A DNA stretch of 64,000 nucleotides from Alphaproteobacteria bacterium (GTDB taxonomy: Bacteria > Pseudomonadota > Alphaproteobacteria > MPNO01). Location of the stretch: positions 1,536,001 through 1,600,000 of the forward strand of contig CBDFLJ010000002.1 in NCBI GenBank assembly GCA_965248835.1, written 5' to 3'. Position numbers and translations under genes: made by a program. How positions within the stretch are numbered: the first letter of the stretch is position 1; each line of letters begins with the position of its first letter. Shown piece by piece: positions 29,413 through 39,045 of the stretch. The notes under the pieces were generated by a model that was not told the DNA's origin, did not search any database, and saw only the letters and a list, made by a program, of their open reading frames with translations.

Positions 29413-29826
29413 ATGAACAACCAGACGCGGCCGCGCCCGGTCCCGCAGCCGACGCCGGCCACCCAGCCGTTCTGGGACGGCGCCAGGCAGAAGAAGCTGA
29501 TGCTGCAATACGACCCGGTCTCGCGGCGCTACCAGTTCTGGCCGCGCGCATGCAGCGTGCGCACCGGCAGGCGGAACCTGCGCTGGCGGGAGGCCAAGGG
29601 AAGCGGCACGCTGTATTCGTTCACCCAGACCCATGTGCCGACCGCCGGCTTCGAGGGCAAGGCGCCCTATCTGATCGGGCTGGTCGAGCTCGACGAGGGT
29701 GTGCGCATCATCGCCAACCTGATCAACGTCGCCTCGGACCAGGTGGCGATCGGCATGCGGCTCACGCTTGCCTGGGAGCCGATCTCCGAGGACCTGAACT
29801 ACTTCGCCTTCGAGCCCGCAGGGTAG
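29413..29826 (+). CDS. DUF35/ChsH2-type OB-fold protein (Zn-ribbon cysteines degenerate)
   Basis: P.P.P..QPFWDG, G.GTLYSFT, PY.IGLVELDEG.RI. Confidence 0.88.
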   Translation: MNNQTRPRPVPQPTPATQPFWDGARQKKLMLQYDPVSRRYQFWPRACSVRTGRRNLRWREAKGSGTLYSFTQTHVPTAGFEGKAPYLIGLVELDEGVRIIANLINVASDQVAIGMRLTLAWEPISEDLNYFAFEPAG

Positions 29827-29834
29827 CCGCGGCG

Positions 29835-31358
29835 ATGAAGCTCGGCGACATGCTGTCGGATTGCGCGCGGCGCTATCCCGCGCGCGAGGCGGTCGTATGC
29901 GGCGCGCTTCGGATGACCTTCGCCGGACTGGACGACGCGGCCCACCGGCTGGCCAACGCGCTGATCGGGCTCGGCCAGGGCCATGGCGACCGGGTCGCGC
30001 TCTATCTTCCCAACGGGGCGGAGCTGGTCGTCGCGATGGCCGCGGTCGCGCGGACCGGCGGGATGATCGTGCCGATCAGCACACGGCTGAGCCCGGCCGA
30101 GGTCCGCTTCATCCTGGAGGACTGCACGCCATCGGTGGTGATGTTCGCGCCCGAGTTCCGCCAGACCGTCACCGGCATCGCCGGTGCCGCGCTGATTGCG
30201 GTCGGCGCGCCCGAGCCGGGCGAGCACGGCTACGCGGCGCTGATCGAGGCCGCGCCGCGCCGACCGGCCCCGGCGCTGCCGCCGGAGGTGCGCGACCTGG
30301 TGATCGGCTACACCTCCGGCACGACCGGCCGGCCGAAGGGGGCGATCAACACCCACACCAACATCATCCTGGTCCACGGCTACATGAACTCGATCGAATT
30401 CGGGATGACCGGCGGTGACATCACCCTGGTGACCACGCCGATGGCCCATCGCACCGGGCTCGGGCGTATCGCCAACATGTTCTGCCTTGGCTCGGCGGTC
30501 GTGATCATGCCGCGGTTCGACCCGGCCGAGGCGGTCAGCCTCATCGAGCGAGAGGGGATCACGGTGATCGGCGGGGTGCCGACGATCATCCGCCTGCTCC
30601 TGCCGGAGCTCGAGCGCCGGCCCGAGGCGCTTGCGAGCCTCAGGACCATCGTCGCCACCGGCGAGACCTTTCCGGTCGCGCTCAAGGAGCGGCTGTTCGC
30701 GATCCTGCCCGATCTCGAGATATACAGCTTCCTCGCCCAGACCGAATCGGGTTTCGTCGCCTGCCTCAGACCGGAAGAGCAGCGCACCCACCCCGCCTCC
30801 GTCGGCCGGCCGGTGCCGGGTGTCGAGGTCCGGCTGGTCGACGCTGCGCTCAACAACGTGCCGGTCGGCGAGGCCGGCGAGGCGCTGGTGCGCTGCGGCG
30901 CGCCGGGCGAGGTGATGACCATGCGGGGCTACTACCGCCGGCCGGAGGCCAACGCCGAGACCATCCTGGAGGGCGGCTGGATCCGCACCGGCGACCTGCT
31001 GCGCTACGACGAGGACGGCTATCTCTATTTCGTCGACCGGGTCAAGGACATGATCGTCTCGGGCGGGCTCAACATCTATTCCAAGGAGGTCGAGCTGGCG
31101 CTGGCCGAGCACCCCGGCGTCGCCGACGCGGCGGTGATCGGCGTGCCCGATGACGAGTTCGGCGAGGCGGTGATGGCCTTCGTCGAGCGCGGACCGGACG
31201 GCACGGCGGACGCCGACGACCTGATCGCGCATTGCAGAGCGCGCATCGCGAGCTACAAGAAGCCCAAGCACATCCGGTTCATCGAGGCGCTGCCGCGCAC
31301 CGGCACCGGCAAGGTGCTGAAGGGCGAACTGCGCGCGATCGCCGCCGGGCAGAGGTGA
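29835..31358 (+). CDS. Acyl-CoA synthetase (AMP-forming)
   Basis: YTSGTTGRPKG, RTGDL, DRVKDMIVSGG.NI, LPRTGTGK. Confidence 0.92.
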   Translation: MKLGDMLSDCARRYPAREAVVCGALRMTFAGLDDAAHRLANALIGLGQGHGDRVALYLPNGAELVVAMAAVARTGGMIVPISTRLSPAEVRFILEDCTPSVVMFAPEFRQTVTGIAGAALIAVGAPEPGEHGYAALIEAAPRRPAPALPPEVRDLVIGYTSGTTGRPKGAINTHTNIILVHGYMNSIEFGMTGGDITLVTTPMAHRTGLGRIANMFCLGSAVVIMPRFDPAEAVSLIEREGITVIGGVPTIIRLLLPELERRPEALASLRTIVATGETFPVALKERLFAILPDLEIYSFLAQTESGFVACLRPEEQRTHPASVGRPVPGVEVRLVDAALNNVPVGEAGEALVRCGAPGEVMTMRGYYRRPEANAETILEGGWIRTGDLLRYDEDGYLYFVDRVKDMIVSGGLNIYSKEVELALAEHPGVADAAVIGVPDDEFGEAVMAFVERGPDGTADADDLIAHCRARIASYKKPKHIRFIEALPRTGTGKVLKGELRAIAAGQR

Positions 31359-31365
31359 ACGCTTC

Positions 31366-32436
31366 ATGGAACTGCTGCTGAGCGAAGAACAGGTCCTGCT
31401 GCAGCAGAGCGCCACCGCGCTGTGCGAGCGCACAAGCGACGGCGGCGATGCCTGGCAGGCGATCGCCGAGGCCGGCTGGATCGGGCTGCTGGCCGATCCG
31501 GATCACGGCGGCGCGGGGCTGGGCGCGAGCGAGCTTGCGCTGGTCCTCGAGCAGGCCGGCCGGTCGCTCCTTGCGACCCCGCTCGGCGGCGTGGCGGCAG
31601 CGGCGCGTGCCATCGCCGCCGGCGAGAGCGATGCGCTCCGCCAGACGCTGCTGCCGGAGATGCTGGCCGGCCGGCGCGTCGTCGTCCCGGCGCTGCAGGA
31701 AGGCCACGGCGCGATCGATGCCGCGCAACCCGCAACCCGCGCGGCGCCCGATGCCGCCGGCGGTTTCGAGATCTCCGGCACCAAGGACGGGATCCCGGGG
31801 CTGGATGCGCTCGACGGTGTGCTGATCAATGCCGCGAGCGATGCCGGCCCGATGGTGCTGCACATCCCCTGCGATGCGCCGGGCGTCCGGATCACCTGCC
31901 GCGCCGGGATCGACGGCGAGCCGCTCGGCAGCATCGCCTTCGACCGGACGAGCCTGCCGCCAAGCGCAGTGCTGGCGCGCGGCAACGCGGCCGGCGCCTT
32001 GACCGATGACGCCGCCGCCGCGCTGCTGGTGGGCGTGAGCGCCGAGCTCCTGGGCGTGATGGGCAAGGCGCTGGACATCGCGGTCGCCTACAGCAAGGTC
32101 CGCCGCCAGTTCGACGCGCCGATCGGCAGCTTCCAGGCCTTGCAGCACAAGGCGGTCAACGACTATGTCGCGGTCGAGGTGACGCGGTCCTTGCTGTTTC
32201 AGATCGCCGCGGCGATCGACGAGGCCCGCGCGAGCGAGGCGATGACGGCCGCGCTCAAGGCCAAGGCCTCGGGTGCGGCGCTCGGCGTGACCAAGTCCGC
32301 CATCCAGATGCACGGCGCCATCGGCTTCACCGACGAGCATGAGATCGGCCGCTACTTCAAGCGCGCCATGGCGTTATCGGCCCGCCACGGCAACGAGGCC
32401 GCCCACCGCGGTCGGTATGCTGCGCTCACCGCCTAG
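31366..32436 (+). CDS. Acyl-CoA dehydrogenase, short subunit of heteromeric type
   Basis: R.QF..PIGSFQALQH, IQMHGAIGFT.E. Confidence 0.85.
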   Translation: MELLLSEEQVLLQQSATALCERTSDGGDAWQAIAEAGWIGLLADPDHGGAGLGASELALVLEQAGRSLLATPLGGVAAAARAIAAGESDALRQTLLPEMLAGRRVVVPALQEGHGAIDAAQPATRAAPDAAGGFEISGTKDGIPGLDALDGVLINAASDAGPMVLHIPCDAPGVRITCRAGIDGEPLGSIAFDRTSLPPSAVLARGNAAGALTDDAAAALLVGVSAELLGVMGKALDIAVAYSKVRRQFDAPIGSFQALQHKAVNDYVAVEVTRSLLFQIAAAIDEARASEAMTAALKAKASGAALGVTKSAIQMHGAIGFTDEHEIGRYFKRAMALSARHGNEAAHRGRYAALTA

Positions 32437-32532
32437 GCCGGGCGCATCGGTTGCGCTGCGCCGGGGCGCTCACTAAAACGCAGTTCGGCCCATCGAGAAC
32501 GAACGGCGCGCATGCGCCTTAGGAGGCGAGAC

Positions 32533-33930
32533 GTGCCCGACCAGTCCTACCGGACCTTCCTGAAGAACCTCGAGCAGCAGGGCGAGATGGTCCACTTCAC
32601 CAAGCAGGTGGACCCCCTGATCAACATGGCCGCGGTCGAGTGGAAAACCTACAACGAGCTCGGCAAGTCGAGCCTGTTCACCAACATCAAGGGGCACGCG
32701 CACTGGCAGGCCTGCAGCCAGATCCTCGCCGACCGCAAGAAGTGGTCGATCGGCCTCGGCATCGAGGAAGACGCGATGCTGGAGACCATGTCGACACGCC
32801 TGCGCCAGCCGATCGCCTGCGTCGCGGTGGCCGAAGACGCGGCCCCGGTCAAGGAGGTCAAGCTGCTGGGGGCCGATGCCGACCTGAACGACATCCCGGC
32901 GATGATGACCTCCGAGAAGGACGGCGGGCGGTTCCTCGCCTCCGGCATGGCGATCATCAAGGACCCGGAGACCGGCATCCGCAACATGTCGATCCACCGC
33001 CAGCAGATCATGGACCGCGACAAGACCGGATTCTTGATGCTGCACCGCCAGGCGCGGCGGATCTACGACATGTACTGCGCCCGGGGCGAAGCGATGCCGG
33101 TTGCGATGGTCTACGGCGTCCACCCGGCAATCTTCTTCGGCTCGGCCTACACCACGAGCTTTGGGGTCGACGAGCTGGAGCTGTCCGGCGGACTGCTCGG
33201 CGAGGGCGTCCGCATGGTCAAGTGCGAGACCGTCGACATCGAGGTCCCGGCGGAGGCCGAGCTGGTGATCGAGGGCGAGGTGCTGCCCAACCACGTCGAG
33301 CCCGAAGGGCCGTTCGGCGAGGTCCCCGGCACCTATGCCCAGCAGGGCCATGCCGAGATCCTCAAGGTAAAGGCGATCACCCGCAGGCGCGATCCGATCT
33401 TCTATGCCATCCACTGCGGCTTCCCGGTCACCGACACCCAGCAGACCACGGCGCTGGGCATCGAGATCGCGACCCAGGAGCACTTGCGCAACGTCGAAGG
33501 CGGGCTCGACCTGCGCGATGTCCGCTGCGTGACCGCGGCCGGGCTGATGATGCTTGTCCTGAAGATCCGCCCGCGCGTCGAGGGCCAGGCCAAGACCGCG
33601 CTTATGGCGGCACTGTCCGGCCCCTACCTGCACCCCAAGATCGCGATCGCGGTCGATGAGGACATCGACGCCGCCGATTTGCGCCAGGTGATGTGGTCGA
33701 TGACCACCCGCGTCCACGCCGAGAAGGACGTCACGCTGTTGCCCAACACCCGCGTCTTCCCGCTCGACAACATCTCGCCGATCGTCGAGGGCATGGACAG
33801 CCTGCACCGGATCGGCACCAAGTGGCTGATCGATGCGACCATGCCGACCCAGGCCGAGGCGCGCGCCCGGTTCGAGCGCGCGATCCCCAAGAACTTCGAC
33901 TCCGTCGACCTCGACGAGTTCCTGCCATAG
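32533..33930 (+). CDS. UbiD-family prFMN-dependent decarboxylase
   Basis: RNMSIHR, EGPFGE, VDEDID, KWLIDAT; GTG start with RBS aggagg. Confidence 0.92.
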   Translation: MPDQSYRTFLKNLEQQGEMVHFTKQVDPLINMAAVEWKTYNELGKSSLFTNIKGHAHWQACSQILADRKKWSIGLGIEEDAMLETMSTRLRQPIACVAVAEDAAPVKEVKLLGADADLNDIPAMMTSEKDGGRFLASGMAIIKDPETGIRNMSIHRQQIMDRDKTGFLMLHRQARRIYDMYCARGEAMPVAMVYGVHPAIFFGSAYTTSFGVDELELSGGLLGEGVRMVKCETVDIEVPAEAELVIEGEVLPNHVEPEGPFGEVPGTYAQQGHAEILKVKAITRRRDPIFYAIHCGFPVTDTQQTTALGIEIATQEHLRNVEGGLDLRDVRCVTAAGLMMLVLKIRPRVEGQAKTALMAALSGPYLHPKIAIAVDEDIDAADLRQVMWSMTTRVHAEKDVTLLPNTRVFPLDNISPIVEGMDSLHRIGTKWLIDATMPTQAEARARFERAIPKNFDSVDLDEFLP

Positions 33931-33941
33931 GAGAGGCGGCG

Positions 33942-34721
33942 GTGGACCTCGGGATCGCCGGCAAGGTCGCGCTGGTTACCGGCGGCAGCAGCGGCATCGG
34001 CTACGCCTCAGCCGAGGCGCTGGCGGCCGAGGGGGCCCGGGTGGCGATCTGCGCGCGCGGCAGCGAGCGCCTCGCGCAGGCCGCGCGCGACATCGCGGCG
34101 GCAACCGGCGGCGAGGTCGCAGCCTTCATCGCCGACACGGCCAGGGCCGAAGATATCGACCGCCTGCTCGCCGAGGTCGCCGGCCGGCTCGGCCCGGTCG
34201 AGATCCTGCTCGCCAACAACGGCGGGCCGCCGCGCGGCGGGTTCGACGCGCTCTCCGACGAAGACTGGCAGGAAGGCTTCGACGTCTCGATGATGTCGAT
34301 CGTGCGCCTGGTCCGCGGCGTGCTGCCGGGAATGAAGGCGGCCGGCTGGGGCCGTGTGCTGAGCATCGTGTCGTCCTCGGTCCGCCAGCCGGTCGACCAG
34401 CTCGAGCTCTCCAATGCGCTGCGGCCCGGCGTGGTCGGACTGTTCAAGTCGCTCGCGGTGACCATGGGACGGCACAACGTGCTGTTCAACTGCATCGCGC
34501 CCGGCCGCATCATGACCAGCCGCTTCCTCGCCGGCTCCAAATACGCCGGCCTCACCGAGGAGCAGTACGCCGCCAAGCACGCCGCGACCATCCCGCTCGG
34601 CCGCATCGGCCGGCCCGAGGAGTTCGCCGCGGTGGTCGCTTTCCTGGCGTCGGAGCGCGCATCGTTCATCAACGGCGCCACCATAATCGTCGATGGCGGC
34701 ATGATCCGATCGCTCCACTGA
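33942..34721 (+). CDS. SDR family oxidoreductase
   Basis: TGGSSGIG, NNGGP, IPLGRIGRPEE, VDGG. Confidence 0.9.
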   Translation: MDLGIAGKVALVTGGSSGIGYASAEALAAEGARVAICARGSERLAQAARDIAAATGGEVAAFIADTARAEDIDRLLAEVAGRLGPVEILLANNGGPPRGGFDALSDEDWQEGFDVSMMSIVRLVRGVLPGMKAAGWGRVLSIVSSSVRQPVDQLELSNALRPGVVGLFKSLAVTMGRHNVLFNCIAPGRIMTSRFLAGSKYAGLTEEQYAAKHAATIPLGRIGRPEEFAAVVAFLASERASFINGATIIVDGGMIRSLH

Positions 34722-34738
34722 GCCTGCCAACCGGCCCG

Positions 34739-34801
34739 GCGCATGTCCCGACCGGATCGAGACGGTCCGCCGGTTGCAGTCGTCTTGGCCGGAATGGCTT
34801 A
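34739..34801. repeat. Second copy of the palindromic intergenic element (degenerate)
   Basis: gcatgtcccgaccggatcga is 19/20 identical to 1872-1891; internal arms cgagacgg/tcgtcttg; ends in ...gctta. Confidence 0.6.
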
Positions 34802-34862
34802 ATGTTGTAATCGCGCGGTGCGTACACGGACGCACGATGCGCATATCGGAACGGAGGCGGAC

Positions 34863-35288
34863 TTGGCGACGATCAAGAACGAATGGCACGAGGCGATCAA
34901 CAATTCCCTGGAGGACGGTGCCCCCTGCCTAGTGGGAACGGTCTCCGCGGACGGTCAGCCGCAGATCAGCCCCAAGGGCAGCGTGCTGGTCCACAACGAA
35001 ACCACGCTAGCCTATTGGGAGCGCTCCAAGCGCACCGCGCTCGACAACGTGACCAGCAATCCGCGCGTCGTGGTCTATTTCCGCAACCCCGACCGGGCCG
35101 CGGAGCTGCCCCAGGGAGCGGCGCTGCGGTTCTACGGCACCGCGCGGGTGCTCGACAGCGGGCCGGAGCGCGAGGCGGTGATGGGCAAGGTCGTCGAGCG
35201 CGAGTTGAAGGCCGATCCCGGACGCACCGGCGCGGCCGTGCTGATCGATATCGACCGCATCACCGATCTCAGGGGGAACGCGCTTTAA
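34863..35288 (+). CDS. Pyridoxamine 5'-phosphate oxidase-like FMN-binding split-barrel protein
   Basis: GTVSADGQP.ISPKGS, N..NPRV, RFYG.A; TTG start with RBS ggagg. Confidence 0.82.
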   Translation: MATIKNEWHEAINNSLEDGAPCLVGTVSADGQPQISPKGSVLVHNETTLAYWERSKRTALDNVTSNPRVVVYFRNPDRAAELPQGAALRFYGTARVLDSGPEREAVMGKVVERELKADPGRTGAAVLIDIDRITDLRGNAL

Positions 35289-35373
35289 CCGTGTTCCGGA
35301 CGAGCTGAACCGGCCCTGCGCGGTTGTCTCCGGTGTGAGCACCGTGCTATCGAGCGAGCCGGGGAGAAGGCCC

Positions 35374-36012
35374 ATGGATGATGCGATTACCGGGCCGCGC
35401 GATGCGGCCAACGGCACCCGTTCGCCCCTGCTGCGCAAGGATTGGGACTATCTGGGCGTCATCGCCCTGGAGGATTTCGGACCGAGCGAGTTCGCGCTGC
35501 TCGATGCCCAGCGGGTGAACTTCTATGCCGAGCGTCAGGCCCTGGAGGCGCTGCGCATGCTCAAGGCCTCGGCAGAGGACCCGTCCTTCGGCTATCGGAT
35601 CAACAACTACCGCCACTGCCTTCAGTCGGCGACGATGGCCTACCGCGCCGGCAAGGACGAGGAATACGTGGCGATCGCGGTGCTGCACGACATCGGCTTC
35701 GTCGCCGCACCGACCAACCACGGCAGCTTCGCTGCGGCCCTGATGGGTCCCTACATCTCGCCCGAGAACGAATGGATGCTGGTCCATCACCAGGTCTTCC
35801 AGGATTTCCATTGCCACGGCCATCCGAGCATCGACCGGCATCAGCGCGAGCGGTGGCGCGGCCATCCTGCCTTCGCCCGGACCGCGGAGTTCGTCGCCCG
35901 ATTCGATCAGGACGCGATGGACCCCGACTACGACAACATGCCGATCGAGGCGTTCGAGCCGATGGTCCACCGCATGTTCGCAAAGCCGCCGCGGACAATT
36001 CCCTTGGAATGA
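35374..36012 (+). CDS. HD-domain protein, PhnZ/MIOX-like diiron class
   Basis: HCLQSAT, LHDIG, NHG, HH, FDQ..DP ligand pattern. Confidence 0.82.
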   Translation: MDDAITGPRDAANGTRSPLLRKDWDYLGVIALEDFGPSEFALLDAQRVNFYAERQALEALRMLKASAEDPSFGYRINNYRHCLQSATMAYRAGKDEEYVAIAVLHDIGFVAAPTNHGSFAAALMGPYISPENEWMLVHHQVFQDFHCHGHPSIDRHQRERWRGHPAFARTAEFVARFDQDAMDPDYDNMPIEAFEPMVHRMFAKPPRTIPLE

Positions 36013-36614
36013 GCTGGATCCGGCGCATCGACTATGACGACTCGCGGGGGACGCTTCGCACGCTCTACGACCGGGTGAAGGGCCCGGCCGGCAACATCGA
36101 CAACGTCATGAAGGCGCACAGCCTGCGCCCGCACACCATGGAGGGCCATTCGGCGCTCTACAAATCCGTGCTGCACCATAGCGGCAACACCCTGCCCGGC
36201 TGGTTTCTGGAAACCGTCGGCATCTACACCAGCCTGATCAACGGCTGCGCCTATTCGGTCGCCCACCACTATGCCGGGCTGTGCCGCCTGCTCGAGGAAA
36301 GCGACCGGGCCGGTGCAGTCCTCGCCGCGCTCGAGGCCGGAACCCCGGAGGAGGTCTTTTCCGGCAAGGAGCTGGCGCTGCTCGCCTATGCCGCCAAGCT
36401 CACACGCACCCCGGCCGAGATGACCGAGGCCGATGTCGCAGCCGCGCGGCGGGCCGGGGCCAGCGACGAAGAGATCTTCGAGACCAACCAGGTCTCGGCC
36501 TATTTCGCCTACGCCAACCGACTGCTGAACGGACTCGGCATCACCACCGACGGCGACGTCCTGGGCGAATCTCCGCCGACCAGCGATGACGTCGAAAGCT
36601 GGGCACACCGATGA
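36009..36614 (+). CDS. AhpD/CMD-family peroxidase-related protein
   Basis: HSLRP, E.VG...S.INGC.YSV.HH, YFAYANR..NGLG; ATGA overlap. Confidence 0.85.
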   Translation: MSWIRRIDYDDSRGTLRTLYDRVKGPAGNIDNVMKAHSLRPHTMEGHSALYKSVLHHSGNTLPGWFLETVGIYTSLINGCAYSVAHHYAGLCRLLEESDRAGAVLAALEAGTPEEVFSGKELALLAYAAKLTRTPAEMTEADVAAARRAGASDEEIFETNQVSAYFAYANRLLNGLGITTDGDVLGESPPTSDDVESWAHR

Positions 36615-37567
36615 CGGCGCTCAGATCCTTCGACCATATCCCGGTTATCGACCTGGCGCCGATAGCCGCCGGCGGGCTCGGCCGCATCGCCAAGGCGATG
36701 CGCTCGGCATCGGAGACCGCGGGCTTCTTCTACGTTGCCAACCACGGCGTGCCGGAGGAAACCGCCGAAGCGGCGCTGGCCGCCTCGCGGGCATTCTTCG
36801 CCTGGCCCGATTCCTGGAAGCGGCGCGTCGCGGTCAACGCGCTGCACCGCGGCTTCCTCGGCATGGGCGAGGCGAGGCTGCGGGACGACGCGGAAGCCGA
36901 CCGCAAGGAAAGCTTCGTATGGGGGCTCGAGCTCGCCGATGACGACCCCGACGTGCGCGCCGGCAAGCCGCTGATGGGCTCCAACCGGTGGCCCGAAGAC
37001 ATGCCGGAGATGCGCACCGCGCTCTATGGCTGGTACGACGCCGTCGGGGCCTGTGCCCGCACCGTCCTGGGGGCGCTGGCGGTGGGGCTGGAGATGCCCG
37101 AGACCTTCTTCGCGGAGCGTTTCGCCAAGCCGCTGGCGCGCGGCGCGCTGGTCCACTATCCGCCCCATCCGGCCGATGCCGGTGCGCGCACCTTCGGCAC
37201 CGCCGCGCACACCGATTACGGCGGCATCACGCTGGTCCATCAGGACGATACCGGCGGGCTCGAGGTCGAGAACCGCGCCGGCAGCTGGGTGCCGGCCCAC
37301 CCGATCCCCGGCACTCTTGTGGTCAATATCGGCGACCTGATGGCGCGCTGGACCAATGACGTCTTCGCCTCGAACCCCCACCGGGTCATCAACCGTTCGG
37401 GGACGGAGCGGTATTCGATGGCGGTCTTCTACGATCCGGACTTCGACACCGTCATAGAGACCCTGCCAAGCTGCCTCGGCCCGGGCGAGACGCCGCGCTA
37501 CGCGGCCACGACCTGCGGCGCCTACATCCAGGAACGGTTCGACACCGTCTTCCGCTACCGCAAGTAG
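36611..37567 (+). CDS. IPNS-family 2OG-Fe(II) dioxygenase
   Basis: GFFYVANHG, HTD, NIGD..ARWTND, HRV, RYS; ATGA overlap. Confidence 0.93.
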   Translation: MTALRSFDHIPVIDLAPIAAGGLGRIAKAMRSASETAGFFYVANHGVPEETAEAALAASRAFFAWPDSWKRRVAVNALHRGFLGMGEARLRDDAEADRKESFVWGLELADDDPDVRAGKPLMGSNRWPEDMPEMRTALYGWYDAVGACARTVLGALAVGLEMPETFFAERFAKPLARGALVHYPPHPADAGARTFGTAAHTDYGGITLVHQDDTGGLEVENRAGSWVPAHPIPGTLVVNIGDLMARWTNDVFASNPHRVINRSGTERYSMAVFYDPDFDTVIETLPSCLGPGETPRYAATTCGAYIQERFDTVFRYRK

Positions 37568-37618
37568 CGGCAAGGCAGCCAACGGCCGCGCGGCTGATGG
37601 CCCGGGGGCCGAGCCGGC

Positions 37619-38074
37619 TCAGAACATCGTCGGCTCCGCCTCGATGTCCTTGCGCTCTTCGATATCAAACCGGTCGGCGTAGATCGGCCGCTCACCGGTG
37701 TTGGGGCCGGTGTATTGGCAGAAGACGATCGTCACCCCGTGCTCGGTGTGAAGCGAGCGCTCGACATGGGGGTCGGGATGGAACACGAACGTGCCCGCGA
37801 CCAGCGTTTCGCCGTCGATCGTGCATTCGCCCTCGGTGATGTACCAGACCTGCGCGAACGCGTGGGCGTGGTCCGGGAAATGACCGCCGGGCTCGAACCG
37901 GGTGATGCCGAACAACGGCTCGGTGGGATCTTCTTCCCGCGGGTGGAAGGCGATCTTGCCCCATTCGCCCGGCCAGCGGATGCGCTTCCATTCCAGATCG
38001 TCGATATGGACCGCCCTGTGCGGCGCACGCTGCTTGGTGAATGCGTCCACCTCCGCCTTCTGGTCGTTGGGCAT
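37619..38074 (-). CDS. Cupin-domain protein
   Basis: FPDHAH.FAQVWY..EG, HPDPH.E. Confidence 0.8.
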   Translation of the reverse strand: MPNDQKAEVDAFTKQRAPHRAVHIDDLEWKRIRWPGEWGKIAFHPREEDPTEPLFGITRFEPGGHFPDHAHAFAQVWYITEGECTIDGETLVAGTFVFHPDPHVERSLHTEHGVTIVFCQYTGPNTGERPIYADRFDIEERKDIEAEPTMF

Positions 38075-38094
38075 TTTCGTCCTCTCCCCGGTCC

Positions 38095-38118
38095 ATGTAG
38101 CATTCGATGTAGCATTTG
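38095..38118. repeat. 12-bp tandem direct repeat in divergent promoter
   Basis: atgtagcattcg/atgtagcatttg. Confidence 0.75.
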
Positions 38119-38148
38119 ATCACACCATTGGAGCGATCGGGACTCAAC

Positions 38149-38931
38149 ATGGATCTGCAACTGGCGGGCAAACGCGCCCTGGTCACCGGCGCTTCGCGGG
38201 GCATCGGCGCGGCGATCGCGCGGCATCTGGCGGCCGAGGGCTGCGCCCTGGTAATCGCCGCCCGATCGGCGGACAGGCTGGCGGCGCTGAAGGCCGAGAT
38301 CGAAGCCTCGTCCGCGGTCGCGGTCCTCGATGTCGCGCTCGACCTCGCCGCCCCGGGCGCGATCGAAGCGCTGGCCGAACGGGCGGAGCCGATCGACATT
38401 CTGATCAACAACGCCGGGGCGGTCCCGGCCGGGCGGCTGCACGAGATCGACGAGGTACAATGGCGCGCGGCGTGGGAGCTCAAGCTGTTCGGCTACATCA
38501 ACCTGATCCGGGCGGTCTACCCGAAGATGGCCGCTTCGGGCGGCGGCGTGATCATCAACATCTGCGGCGCCTCGGGGCAGCGCCCGAAGGCCGAATACAT
38601 CTGCGGGGCGACGGCCAATACCGCGCTGATGTCCTTCAGCCAGGCGCTCGGCGGCGGCAGCTTGAACGACGGAATTCGGGTGGTCGCCCTGAACCCCGGA
38701 CCGGTCGAGACCGACCATCTCGTCGGGCTGACGCGGGCCTCCGCCGCCGCGCGGCTGGGCGATGCCGAGCGCTGGCGGGAATTGTGGCGGCCCTTGTCCG
38801 AAGGCCGCGCCGCGAGCGTCGATGAGGTCGCCGATACGGCCGCCTTCCTCGCCTCGCCGCGCTCGTCCTACATCTCGGGGACCGTGGTCACGGTCGATGG
38901 CGGCTATTGCAACCGCGGCCCGCTCATGTGA
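38149..38931 (+). CDS. SDR family oxidoreductase
   Basis: TGASRGIG, NNAG, NPGPV.T, VDGG. Confidence 0.9.
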   Translation: MDLQLAGKRALVTGASRGIGAAIARHLAAEGCALVIAARSADRLAALKAEIEASSAVAVLDVALDLAAPGAIEALAERAEPIDILINNAGAVPAGRLHEIDEVQWRAAWELKLFGYINLIRAVYPKMAASGGGVIINICGASGQRPKAEYICGATANTALMSFSQALGGGSLNDGIRVVALNPGPVETDHLVGLTRASAAARLGDAERWRELWRPLSEGRAASVDEVADTAAFLASPRSSYISGTVVTVDGGYCNRGPLM

Positions 38932-39045
38932 GCGATTGCACATCGCGGAACCGGCCCGGTGGGCGGGCAGCCGGTCTATGGTGTGGTCGTGGTCGCTTGC
39001 GGCATCCTATAGCGGCGCCGGTGGAGATTGGAGCGGAGAGACGAC

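Noticed and set aside
29001-31358. 785-aa ORF suggesting an N-terminally extended ligase
   Set aside because: The extension overlaps the DUF35 gene in another frame; the real start is ATG 29835
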